Assembly (NCBI GenBank): GCA_963783145.1
Contig: CAWAMM010000009.1
Location: forward strand, 182,381 to 246,380
Source: an uncultured delta proteobacterium
Lineage (GTDB): Bacteria; Desulfobacterota; Binatia; Binatales; Binataceae
DNA length: 64,000 bases
Direction: 5' to 3'
Shown here: piece by piece, positions 9,551-17,774 of the stretch
How the letters are laid out: every line of letters begins with the position of its first letter
Position numbering within the stretch: the first letter of the stretch is position 1
Notes under the pieces: generated by a model
Seen by the model: only the letters and a program-made list of their open reading frames with translations
Database searches by the model: none
Told to the model about the DNA's origin: nothing
Made by a program: the position numbers and the translations under genes

Positions 9551-10560
9551 AGCTGCGCCACTTCCAAGGCCTCCTCGGGTTATTCGCAATGCTGATTGCC
9601 GGATGCGGCGACGATGCGGGCCATCCGATGAGCACGATGGCGCCGCGCTCGGATCTGGCGAGCTGGTGCTACGGCATGTTCATGGAGATCACGGCGTGGG
9701 ACCTCGGGATCTTTATAGTCGTGATCGTCGCGTTCATCCTCGCGGTATTTTTCTTTTCAACTCGCGTCGGTGAAGCGGGCCCGCCGACCTCGGTCAGCTC
9801 TGATTTGAAGCTCGAGATCGCATGGACGCTCGGGCCGGCGCTGATTCTACTCTTCATCTCGATTCCGACCGTGCGCCTGATTTTCCGGACCCAGCCGCGC
9901 AACCCCGTTGCCAATGCGCTCCCCATCACGGTGGTCGCGCATCAATGGTGGTGGGAGTTCCGCTATGACGACGGGACTGGAGTGAAAACCGCGAACGAGC
10001 TGCACCTCCCGGCGGATCGCCCGATTCACCTCAACCTGGTTTCCAACGATGTCATCCATAGCTTCTGGGTGCCGCGGCTGGGAGGAAAACGCGACGTGGT
10101 TCCCGGGCAGGTCAATCAGATCGATCTCATCGCGACCGTGCCGGGCGAGTACTACGGGCAATGCGCCGAGTTTTGTGGAATCTCGCACGCCAACATGCGA
10201 TTTCGGATTTTCATCGACAAGCCCGACGACTTCGCGATGTGGCAAAAATCGCAGGCCGAGCCCGGCATGACTCCGGCCGAGGAAACGCCGGCCAGCCGCG
10301 GCGCGCGAGTGTTCGCAAACAGCCCCTGTACGACCTGTCATACCATCAACGGAATCTCCAAGGGCTATGTCGGGCCCGACCTTACGCATCTGGCGAGCCG
10401 CACGACGATCGCGGCGGGAGTGCTGGCCAATAATCCGCAGCTGTTGAGCGAATGGATCGAACATCCTGACGAGATGAAGCCGGGCGCGCGGATGCCGGAC
10501 TTCGGCCTCACCGGCGATGACCTCAACGACCTGGTCGCGTATCTGGAAAGCCTTAAGTAG
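9547..10560 (+). CDS. ctaC: Cytochrome c oxidase subunit II fused to a C-terminal cytochrome c domain (caa3-type), lipoprotein
   Basis: Start at ATG 9547, with an ATGA overlap with the actF stop; the upstream part of track ORF 8938.. is an out-of-frame overlap with actF. Lipobox LIAGC, CuA motif CAEFCGISHANM, and haem c motif CTTCH in the C-terminal domain. Confidence 0.9.
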   Translation: MKLRHFQGLLGLFAMLIAGCGDDAGHPMSTMAPRSDLASWCYGMFMEITAWDLGIFIVVIVAFILAVFFFSTRVGEAGPPTSVSSDLKLEIAWTLGPALILLFISIPTVRLIFRTQPRNPVANALPITVVAHQWWWEFRYDDGTGVKTANELHLPADRPIHLNLVSNDVIHSFWVPRLGGKRDVVPGQVNQIDLIATVPGEYYGQCAEFCGISHANMRFRIFIDKPDDFAMWQKSQAEPGMTPAEETPASRGARVFANSPCTTCHTINGISKGYVGPDLTHLASRTTIAAGVLANNPQLLSEWIEHPDEMKPGARMPDFGLTGDDLNDLVAYLESLK

Positions 10561-10574
10561 AGGACGTTTCCATC

Positions 10575-13043
10575 ATGGCTGCCCAACCACAAGTTTTATC
10601 CATCGAAGAGCCGAGTTACCTCGAAGGCGGCCTCATCAGCTGGCTCAACACCGTCGACCACAAGAAGGTCGCGATGCTGTATGCGATGTCGTCGCTGTTT
10701 TTCCTCGCCCTCGGCGGCATCGAGGCGCTGCTGATTCGCATCCAGCTCTTCTATCCCAACAACCATTTCCTCTCGGCGGAGTTATACAACGAGCTGTTCA
10801 CGATGCATGGCACCACCATGATTTTCCTGGTGGTGATGCCGCTGCTGCTCGGCTTCTTCGCGAACTTTCTGATTCCCCTGATGATCGGCGCGCGCGATGT
10901 CGCGTTTCCTCGCCTCAATGCGTTGAGCTTCTGGATTTTTCTCTTCAGCGGAGTTTTTCTCCACCTCGGATTCTTCTGGCGCAATGGCGGCTTCCCCAAT
11001 GCCGGATGGTTCGGTTACGCGAACCTGACCGAGCGCATGTACACGCCCGGCGTACACATCGATTTCTGGGATATCGGGTTAATCATCTCCGGAGTCGCGA
11101 CCGTCATGACCGCGGTGAACTTCCTCGCCACCATCGTGTGTATGCGCGCGCCCGGCATGACCTACATGCGGATGCCGCTGTTCGTGTGGACCATGCTGGT
11201 GACGGTGGTTCTGATCCTGCTCGCGTTCCCGGCGCTCACTGTCGGACTGCTTTTCCTGTTCCTCGATCGCTTTTTCGGCGCGCATTTTTACCAGGCGATG
11301 GCGGGTGCGACGCCGATTCTATGGCAGCACCTGTTCTGGCTTTTCGGGCATCCCGAGGTCTACATCATGGCGTTGCCGGCGTTCGGAATAATCTCGGAGA
11401 TGCTGCCCACCTACGCGCGCAAGCCGCTGTTCGGCTATCCGATGATGGTCTACTCGGTGATGCTCATCGCGTTCCTGTCATACGGCGTGTGGGGGCACCA
11501 TATGTTCGCGACCGGGATGGGGCCGGTGGCCGACAGCGCGTTCGCGATCACCTCGATGCTGATTGCGATTCCCACCGGCATCAAAATTTTCTCCTGGATC
11601 GCCACCGTATGGGGCGGCTCCCTGCGGATGACCACCGCGATGTACTTCGCGCTCGCGTTCATCCTCGAATTCACCATCGGTGGATTGACCGGAATCATGT
11701 TCGCCAGCCCTCCGGTCGATTTGCAGCAGACCGATTCCTACATCATCGTGGCGCATTTCCACTACGTGTTGTTCGGCGGGGTCGCCTTCGCGATTTTCGG
11801 CGCCTTTTATTATTGGTGGCCGAAAATGACCGGGCGGATGCTCGACGAGCGACTCGGCAAGCTCGAGTTCTGGCTCACCGTGATCGGATTTAACGGCACC
11901 TTCTTTCCGATGCACATCCTTGGGCAGTGGGGCATGCCCCGGCGCATATACACCTACGCGCCCGAGATGGGCTGGACTTTTATCAATCAGTTCGAGACGG
12001 TCTGCGCGTTCATCCTGGGCTTCGCGTTTTTGGTGTTGTACATCAACATCATCAAGAGCCTCATCAACGGCGAACGGGCGCCCGCCGATCCGTGGGATGG
12101 ACGCGGACTGGAATGGGCAACTACCTCGCCGCCGCCCGCGTATAACTTCGGCGCCATTCCGAATGTGCGGGGTCGCGATCCGTTCTGGATCACCAAATAC
12201 GGACGCGCCGGCTCGCGCGGCGTCGCGATGTATGCGGCCGGGCAAATTCCACCGGTACCGCACGAGGCCGCGACCGAGCCAATCCACATGCCGGCGCCGT
12301 CATTCTTTCCGATCGTGATCGCGGCGGGCCTCTTTGTGATGGGCCTCGGCTGGATCGTGATGTGGTACCGGCTGGTCGCGCTCGGGCTGCTGACGATGTT
12401 CCTCGGCATCGTGGGAATGGCATTCGAATATCCGACCTTCGGGCAGGAAACGCATGAGACCGAGGAGGCGTCGCGCTCGGCCGGCGCCGACGTTCGCAAA
12501 GTGGGCCTGTGGTCGTTCATCGGATCGGAGTGCCTGTTCTTCGCGACGTTGATTTCGACGTACGTGGTGTACAAGGCGCGCAATCCGGGACCGCCCGGCG
12601 CCGAGATTCTCGAAATCCCGCTGACCTCGTTCAGCACCTTCGTCCTTCTAATGTCGAGCGTGCTGATGGTGCTCGCGCTCAACGCGATCCAACGCGACGA
12701 CAAGCTGTGGAATCGCATCTGGCTGATCGGATGCGCATTCTTCGGAATGATTTTCCTGGGCGTCGAGATCCACGAGTTTTACGGCTTCTGGCTCCAGGGC
12801 ATGGCGTACCAGACCAACCTGTTCTCGCAATGCTTCTACACGCTGGTCGGGACGCATGGCACGCACGTCGCCATCGGCATCATCTGGATCTGGGTGCTGA
12901 TCGTGGCGTCGTTTACCGGCAAGCTCGACAAATCGCGCGCGCTGTCGGTCGAGATGGCGGGCCTCTACTGGCACTTCGTGGATATCGTGTGGGTCATCAT
13001 TTTCACGCTGGTCTATCTGATGCAGCAGGTTAAGGGCGCATGA
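10575..13043 (+). CDS. ctaD: Cytochrome c oxidase subunit I fused to subunit III
   Basis: 822 aa. Subunit I signatures WLFGHPEVYIMALPAFG, GHHMF and HFHYVLFGG are present. The C-terminal ~200 aa (GLWSFIGSECLFFATL...GTHGTHVAIG...LYWHFVDIVWVIIF) is subunit III-like. A fusion of this kind is known for Thermus caa3. Confidence 0.9.
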   Translation: MAAQPQVLSIEEPSYLEGGLISWLNTVDHKKVAMLYAMSSLFFLALGGIEALLIRIQLFYPNNHFLSAELYNELFTMHGTTMIFLVVMPLLLGFFANFLIPLMIGARDVAFPRLNALSFWIFLFSGVFLHLGFFWRNGGFPNAGWFGYANLTERMYTPGVHIDFWDIGLIISGVATVMTAVNFLATIVCMRAPGMTYMRMPLFVWTMLVTVVLILLAFPALTVGLLFLFLDRFFGAHFYQAMAGATPILWQHLFWLFGHPEVYIMALPAFGIISEMLPTYARKPLFGYPMMVYSVMLIAFLSYGVWGHHMFATGMGPVADSAFAITSMLIAIPTGIKIFSWIATVWGGSLRMTTAMYFALAFILEFTIGGLTGIMFASPPVDLQQTDSYIIVAHFHYVLFGGVAFAIFGAFYYWWPKMTGRMLDERLGKLEFWLTVIGFNGTFFPMHILGQWGMPRRIYTYAPEMGWTFINQFETVCAFILGFAFLVLYINIIKSLINGERAPADPWDGRGLEWATTSPPPAYNFGAIPNVRGRDPFWITKYGRAGSRGVAMYAAGQIPPVPHEAATEPIHMPAPSFFPIVIAAGLFVMGLGWIVMWYRLVALGLLTMFLGIVGMAFEYPTFGQETHETEEASRSAGADVRKVGLWSFIGSECLFFATLISTYVVYKARNPGPPGAEILEIPLTSFSTFVLLMSSVLMVLALNAIQRDDKLWNRIWLIGCAFFGMIFLGVEIHEFYGFWLQGMAYQTNLFSQCFYTLVGTHGTHVAIGIIWIWVLIVASFTGKLDKSRALSVEMAGLYWHFVDIVWVIIFTLVYLMQQVKGA

Positions 13044-13384
13044 GCGAAGGCACTCACCTCGAGCAAGAGCAGCCGCACATCAGCAACAGCGTCTACCTGA
13101 TTGTGGGCGGATTTCTGATCGTGCTGACCGCGATGGAGATCACGGTGGCCTACATTCACGCGCTGCGCCCGGTGATGGTGCCGATTCTGGTGATCCTCGC
13201 GATGGCGAAATTCGCGCTCATTGCGATGTTCTTCATGCATCTGCGCTACGAGAAGTGGGCGGTCAACACGATGTTCCTTTTCCCACTCACCATCGCGCTT
13301 GGCGTATTCCTCTCGCTGATGGGGTTGTTCCTGTTTCTATCTCATCACGCGGTCGGGCCGGGATCGGGTATCCACTATTTCTGA
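13040..13384 (+). CDS. Prokaryotic cytochrome c oxidase subunit IV family protein
   Basis: 114 aa with 3 TM helices. There is an ATGA overlap with the subunit I/III stop. ...MAKFALIAMFFMHLRYEK... is typical of the small bacterial subunit IV family. Confidence 0.7.
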   Translation: MSEGTHLEQEQPHISNSVYLIVGGFLIVLTAMEITVAYIHALRPVMVPILVILAMAKFALIAMFFMHLRYEKWAVNTMFLFPLTIALGVFLSLMGLFLFLSHHAVGPGSGIHYF

Positions 13385-13386
13385 GT

Positions 13387-14205
13387 ATGAGCTGGATCAG
13401 CGACATACATCCGAGTGTTGCGATCGGCATCGCGGTGCTGATCGCGATGTACGTGGGCGCGGCCACCTTCGGCAATCATCGCGTCACCTCGCGCCACTGG
13501 TTCTGGTTCGTGGTGACCGTGGCAATGACGATTTTCACGCTAGGGCCCGTGGATGAATGGGCCGAGCAGCGCTGCTTCACGATGCACATGCTGCAGCATT
13601 TCAATCAGACCTTTGTGATTCCGCCGCTGATGCTGCTCGCGGTGCCCGCCTCGATGCTGCGGCCGTGGGTGCTGAGCCGATGGGTGCGTCCATTCGCGGA
13701 ATTTTTTACCCGGCCGGTGATCGCGTTCCTGACTTTCACCGCGGTATTTGTCGTCGCGCACAATCCTCCGATCTTCAACCTGATGTGCCGCAACGAGAAC
13801 GTCCACATCGTGATTCACCTCGCGTTTATGATCAGCGGCGTCATCATGTGGTGGCCGATCCTCAGTCCGCTGCCTGAACTGCCGCGCCTTTCGTATCCGC
13901 TGCAGATTTTTTACATCTTCCTGCTGATGATCCCGATGACCGCGGTCGCCGCGCCCATCACGCTCGCTTACTCGGTCGTGTATCCGTGGTACCTCGAAGG
14001 ACCGCATCCGTTTGGGTTGCGCGCGATGGAGGATCAGATCCTCGGCGGCCTGCTGATGTGGGTAGGGCAGGGCACCTACCTGATGTGCGTGTTCACCGCG
14101 ATTTTCTATCAATGGTCGCGGCGCGAGGACGACAGCGACCTGCCGTACGTCGAGGAACCGCCGCGCCTGCGGCTGCGCATCATACCGGGACGCACGCGCG
14201 GCTAG
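13387..14205 (+). CDS. ctaG: Cytochrome c oxidase assembly factor CtaG (Bacillus/caa3 type membrane protein)
   Basis: Start taken at ATG 13387 (MSWISDIHPS...), 2 nt after the subunit IV stop; the track ORF extension from 13255 overlaps subunit IV. Polytopic protein with HMLQH...HNPPIF...WWPILSP motifs. Confidence 0.7.
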   Translation: MSWISDIHPSVAIGIAVLIAMYVGAATFGNHRVTSRHWFWFVVTVAMTIFTLGPVDEWAEQRCFTMHMLQHFNQTFVIPPLMLLAVPASMLRPWVLSRWVRPFAEFFTRPVIAFLTFTAVFVVAHNPPIFNLMCRNENVHIVIHLAFMISGVIMWWPILSPLPELPRLSYPLQIFYIFLLMIPMTAVAAPITLAYSVVYPWYLEGPHPFGLRAMEDQILGGLLMWVGQGTYLMCVFTAIFYQWSRREDDSDLPYVEEPPRLRLRIIPGRTRG

Positions 14206-15506
14206 CTGGGCAGAACTCGCAACGGAATATTCGCCGCGCTGGGCACCGCCTTGCGATAGGCGAAACTAAGTGTCCATAAAGTCGTCGCGCAGTATAGGAG
14301 TCCGCCGATCGCGATGCCGAATGCTCCCACCTGAGCCAGCGCTGCCGATGAAAACAGAAATCCTACAACCACGAGCGCAACTCCGGAATTGTACACGAGC
14401 AAGACCAGCCATCGTGGCGATTTGATCGAGAGTTCCGCGATTGTGACCGCGCGCCATCCTGCGGCTGATCGCGCGTGCACCACGAAGCCCGGAAATAATT
14501 GATACGACATTCCGATGATGAAGTTGGAAACCCATCCGAGCAGTCCCATCGCGCCATATGCGGATGCGATGCGGCTCCCCGCAATGCCTTGCGGGCCGAT
14601 TATCGCGAGGGTCAGTCCGCAAACAATGGCGAGTACCAGCCAGATGATTCCCGCAATGGCGTGGCGTGCGGCGAAATCGATCGGCATCCGGTGTGAGCGA
14701 ACCAGCCGACCTATCGTGACCATGTAGGCGACCAGCGCAATCGCGATCGCGATGCTCCAGAAGAGCGCGCCGGGCAAACCGAGCAGCAGCGTCACGCCGA
14801 GCGCGAGGGCGCCGGCCGCCAGCGCCCATAGTTGCCACATCGCGCTTCGCGGCAGATGGATTTTCGGCAGCACGAAGGCCGGGAGCATCCGATACGAGAC
14901 TGCGCAGATGGTCAGCGTCACCCATCCGATCGCGGCGAAGTGCACATGACTGGCAAGGTTGGTCAGCACGTCGCCGCCGAGGAAGTTGTAGGTCTTGTCG
15001 AGCGACAGCACGAACCCAATCGATGCGGCGATGAACAGGAAGCAAATCGACAGAAACATCCCGGTCTCGGCGACGCCGCGTCCGAGCTGCGCGTATAAGC
15101 ACGGAATCATGTTGGCCGCGAACATGGCGATGCTCACGATCAGGATGCCGGCCGAGAACCACGTCCCGACCCAAATCCCATTGGCGAAATGCGAGATGAT
15201 GCCGATGGTGCCGACGATGAAAAGCACCAATTGCCAAATCGCCACGCGCGGATACGCGATCGGATGACGCGTGAGCGCGGGCACGTAGCGATACATCACG
15301 CCCATGATCGAGGCGCTGATCCATCCGAGGGTGAAGGTATGCACCAGCGCGAGGATGGGTGGTTGGTAGAAAAAGTCGACAATTTGGCTGACCAGAAATG
15401 GCGCCGCCACCACGCCGCATGCGAACCAGATTACCGCGCTGGTGAAAAAATGGATCGGCAGCCGGCCGATCCTGAGCGCATCGGTCCTTTTAACTTCCGC
15501 GGTCAT
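14202..15506 (-). CDS. Uncharacterised ~12-TM membrane protein with 3-fold internal repeat; distant haem-copper oxidase subunit I / CcoN-like motifs
   Basis: ATG at 15506 (MTAEVK...) is preferred over GTG at 15515. One motif occurs three times: LVHTFTLGWISASIMGVMYRYVPAL, HVHFAAIGWVTLTICAVSYRMLPAF and AMGLLGWVSNFIIGMSYQLFPGF. It resembles the CcoN segment [23 protein letters not shown] as I recall it. Its stop shares the palindrome GCTAGC with the ctaG stop. Confidence 0.6.
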   Translation of the reverse strand: MTAEVKRTDALRIGRLPIHFFTSAVIWFACGVVAAPFLVSQIVDFFYQPPILALVHTFTLGWISASIMGVMYRYVPALTRHPIAYPRVAIWQLVLFIVGTIGIISHFANGIWVGTWFSAGILIVSIAMFAANMIPCLYAQLGRGVAETGMFLSICFLFIAASIGFVLSLDKTYNFLGGDVLTNLASHVHFAAIGWVTLTICAVSYRMLPAFVLPKIHLPRSAMWQLWALAAGALALGVTLLLGLPGALFWSIAIAIALVAYMVTIGRLVRSHRMPIDFAARHAIAGIIWLVLAIVCGLTLAIIGPQGIAGSRIASAYGAMGLLGWVSNFIIGMSYQLFPGFVVHARSAAGWRAVTIAELSIKSPRWLVLLVYNSGVALVVVGFLFSSAALAQVGAFGIAIGGLLYCATTLWTLSFAYRKAVPSAANIPLRVLPS

Positions 15507-15660
15507 CAAACCCACAGATTATCCGACCGCGCGAGGACTTTATAATCCGATCCTGGTCGTCGCCATTAGGAAGATGACTTCATCAGGGCAAAAAGCCTTA
15601 TCGAAGAATTTGCGCGCGCGGATTATAGTGGGCTAGTAGTTTTATCGGAGTCACTTCACG

Positions 15661-16656
15661 ATGCCGCATTCCAGGTCCCGGATTATCATCGACGGCGCGA
15701 TCGCTGGACTGCTCGGTGCGGGTGTGGTCGCGCTGTGGTTTCTGATTTTTGACGCCGCGCGCGGACAGATTTTCGAAACCCCGGTTCTGCTCGCCGCCGC
15801 GATTCTCCACGGATCCCATCCCGAGGGAATCAGCGCGATTCAACTGATGCTGGAATACTCGGTGCTGCACTTCGGCGCGTTCATCGTCGCGGGAATCGTC
15901 GGCGCCAACCTGCTCGAAGCCGCCGAAAACGAACCCACGCTGATGATTTCGCTGCTGGTGTTCCTCGGCGCATTCGACGTCTTCTTCGTCGGGGTCGTCA
16001 TGTTCCTCGGCGCGGGCGTGATGCACGCGGTCACCTGGTGGGGAATCGTGATCGCGAACCTGCTGGCGACGGTGACGATGCTGTACTACTTTTTGTCGCG
16101 GCATCCGGCGCTGGCGCGCAATCTGCTCGGCCCATGGATTCCGATTTTGCAGGAAGGCCTCACCGCCGGACTGATCGGCGCGGTGATCGTGGCGGCCTGG
16201 TTCCTCGCCTACGATCTCGCGATGGGAGAGGCGTTCAAGACCCCGCTGCTGCTGGGCGAGGCGATCTTCAACAACTCGATGACCGCTGCGCCCGACACGG
16301 TGGCGCCGCTGATCATCGCCTACACGATCATCCATTTTGTCGGATTCGTGGGCTTCGGGGTCGCGCTCGCGGTTTTGATGGCCGCGACCGATCGCGAGCC
16401 GCTGGTTGCGCTCGGGGTGCTGGTCGTGTTCGCGATTTTCGAGGTGTTTTTCTTCGGGTTGGTAACGGTAACCGATGCTTCCCTGCTGGAACAACTCGGG
16501 TGGTGGAAGATCATTGTCGCCAACGGCCTCGCGCTGATCGGCATGGTCGCATACGAGATGCGCGCGCATCGCGGACTATGGGTCCGGTTGCAGGAACGCT
16601 GGGCCGCGCTGGAGCATGAGGGCGAGGAGGCGACCACGCCGACGCCGCGCCGTTAG
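15661..16656 (+). CDS. Uncharacterised membrane protein made of two tandem homologous halves
   Basis: 331 aa. Half 1 has IIDGAIAGLLGAGVVALWFLIFDAARGQIFETPVLLAAAIL... and half 2 has ILQEGLTAGLIGAVIVAAWFLAYDLAMGEAFKTPLLLGEAIF... Later segments also align (FDVFFVGVVMF / FEVFFFGLVTV; WWGIVIANLLA / WWKIIVANGLA). Confidence 0.6.
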   Translation: MPHSRSRIIIDGAIAGLLGAGVVALWFLIFDAARGQIFETPVLLAAAILHGSHPEGISAIQLMLEYSVLHFGAFIVAGIVGANLLEAAENEPTLMISLLVFLGAFDVFFVGVVMFLGAGVMHAVTWWGIVIANLLATVTMLYYFLSRHPALARNLLGPWIPILQEGLTAGLIGAVIVAAWFLAYDLAMGEAFKTPLLLGEAIFNNSMTAAPDTVAPLIIAYTIIHFVGFVGFGVALAVLMAATDREPLVALGVLVVFAIFEVFFFGLVTVTDASLLEQLGWWKIIVANGLALIGMVAYEMRAHRGLWVRLQERWAALEHEGEEATTPTPRR

Positions 16657-16659
16657 CGC

Positions 16660-17457
16660 CTACAGTCCGAGCACGTCGCGCATCGTATAAAGTCCCGGCT
16701 TCTGATCGACCAGCCATGCGGCCGCGCGGATTGCGCCGCGTGCGAGCGATTCACGGCTCTGCGCGCGATGGGTCAGTTCGAGCCGCTCGCCGGTTCCACC
16801 GAAAATCACCGTATGATCGCCGACCGCGTCGCCGGCGCGAATCGCGAGCACGCCGATTTGATCTCGCGGACGCACGCCGGTGATGCCTTCGCGGCCGTAG
16901 ATCGCCTCATCCGCGAGGTTTTGCCCGCGCGCATTGGCGATTGCGCGCCCGAGGCCTAAGGCGGTGCCGCTCGGCGCGTCGACCTTGGTCCGATGATGGA
17001 TTTCGATCACCTCGGCGTCGAAGTCTTTGAGAATCGCCGCCACCTCCGCGACGATCTTGGTCAGCACGTTGACCCCGATGCTCATGTTGGGCGCGATGAC
17101 GGTGCGGGTTTTCGCGGCCAGTTCCTTCGCGCGCTGCTCCATCTCGGGCGTGAAGCCGGTCGAGCCGATCACGATAGCCGCGCCGTTTTTCGCCGCGACT
17201 TCGAGATGCTCCAGCGAGGGAGCCGCGCTGGTGAAATCGAGTGTGACCGTATCGGACCGCGCGATCGAGGCATAGTCATCGGTGATGCTGACGCCGAGCT
17301 TGCCGGCGCCGGCCGGAGCGCCCGCATCGCTGCCGACCGCGGGGACGCCTTTGGCCTCCAGCGCGCCGACGAGCCTATGCGCCGGGTCATTTGCGATCAT
17401 CAGGATGAGCATCCTGCCCATCCTTCCCGCGGCTCCGGCGACGATCAGATTAGCCAT
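16660..17457 (-). CDS. dapB: 4-hydroxy-tetrahydrodipicolinate reductase
   Basis: Start at ATG 17457 (MANLIVAGAAGRMGRM, the NAD(P)-binding motif). The signature EIHHRTKVDAPSGTA is present. The track ORF N-terminal extension to 17562 is Arg/Cys-rich and overlaps the upstream gene. Confidence 0.9.
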   Translation of the reverse strand: MANLIVAGAAGRMGRMLILMIANDPAHRLVGALEAKGVPAVGSDAGAPAGAGKLGVSITDDYASIARSDTVTLDFTSAAPSLEHLEVAAKNGAAIVIGSTGFTPEMEQRAKELAAKTRTVIAPNMSIGVNVLTKIVAEVAAILKDFDAEVIEIHHRTKVDAPSGTALGLGRAIANARGQNLADEAIYGREGITGVRPRDQIGVLAIRAGDAVGDHTVIFGGTGERLELTHRAQSRESLARGAIRAAAWLVDQKPGLYTMRDVLGL

Positions 17458-17486
17458 CGCGACGCTACCCGATGTTCGGAAAATGC

Positions 17487-17744
17487 CTAAGAGGCGGGCG
17501 CCGCCTCGGCAGGAGCAGCTGCGGGTGCAGCTTCGGCGGCCTTCGCGTGTGCGGCCTTCCAATGTTCATCGCACAGGCTGCCCTTCGGACCGCGCGCCTT
17601 GCGGCATTTTTCGAAAGTGCAGATCTTGTATCGAGGCCGCGGCATCTCGCCGGCCTTCCATAAGCGGTAATGCTTGCGGCAGTAGCCCTTGGCAATTACT
17701 TCGCGTTCACAATCCTTGGCTTTGCAGGTTTCCTTCGTTGGCAT
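17487..17744 (-). CDS. Small Cys-rich (putative zinc-ribbon) protein with Ala/Pro-rich tail
   Basis: 85 aa. It has two similar Cys motifs: CKAKDCEREVIAKGYCRKHY and CTFEKCRKARGPKGSLCDEHW. It sits between gpsA and dapB on the same strand. Confidence 0.5.
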   Translation of the reverse strand: MPTKETCKAKDCEREVIAKGYCRKHYRLWKAGEMPRPRYKICTFEKCRKARGPKGSLCDEHWKAAHAKAAEAAPAAAPAEAAPAS

Positions 17745-17774
17745 CGATATCTCTTTCCTGAATTTGCCGCGGCG

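Noticed and set aside
10517-11893. 458-aa plus-strand ORF overlapping ctaD in another frame
   Set aside because: The translation is Arg/Pro/His-rich nonsense, while the ctaD frame carries all the oxidase signatures.
15598-16569. 323-aa minus-strand ORF antisense to the duplicated membrane protein
   Set aside because: Charged low-complexity composition (R/D/E/H/Q). The sense strand encodes a coherent TM-repeat protein.
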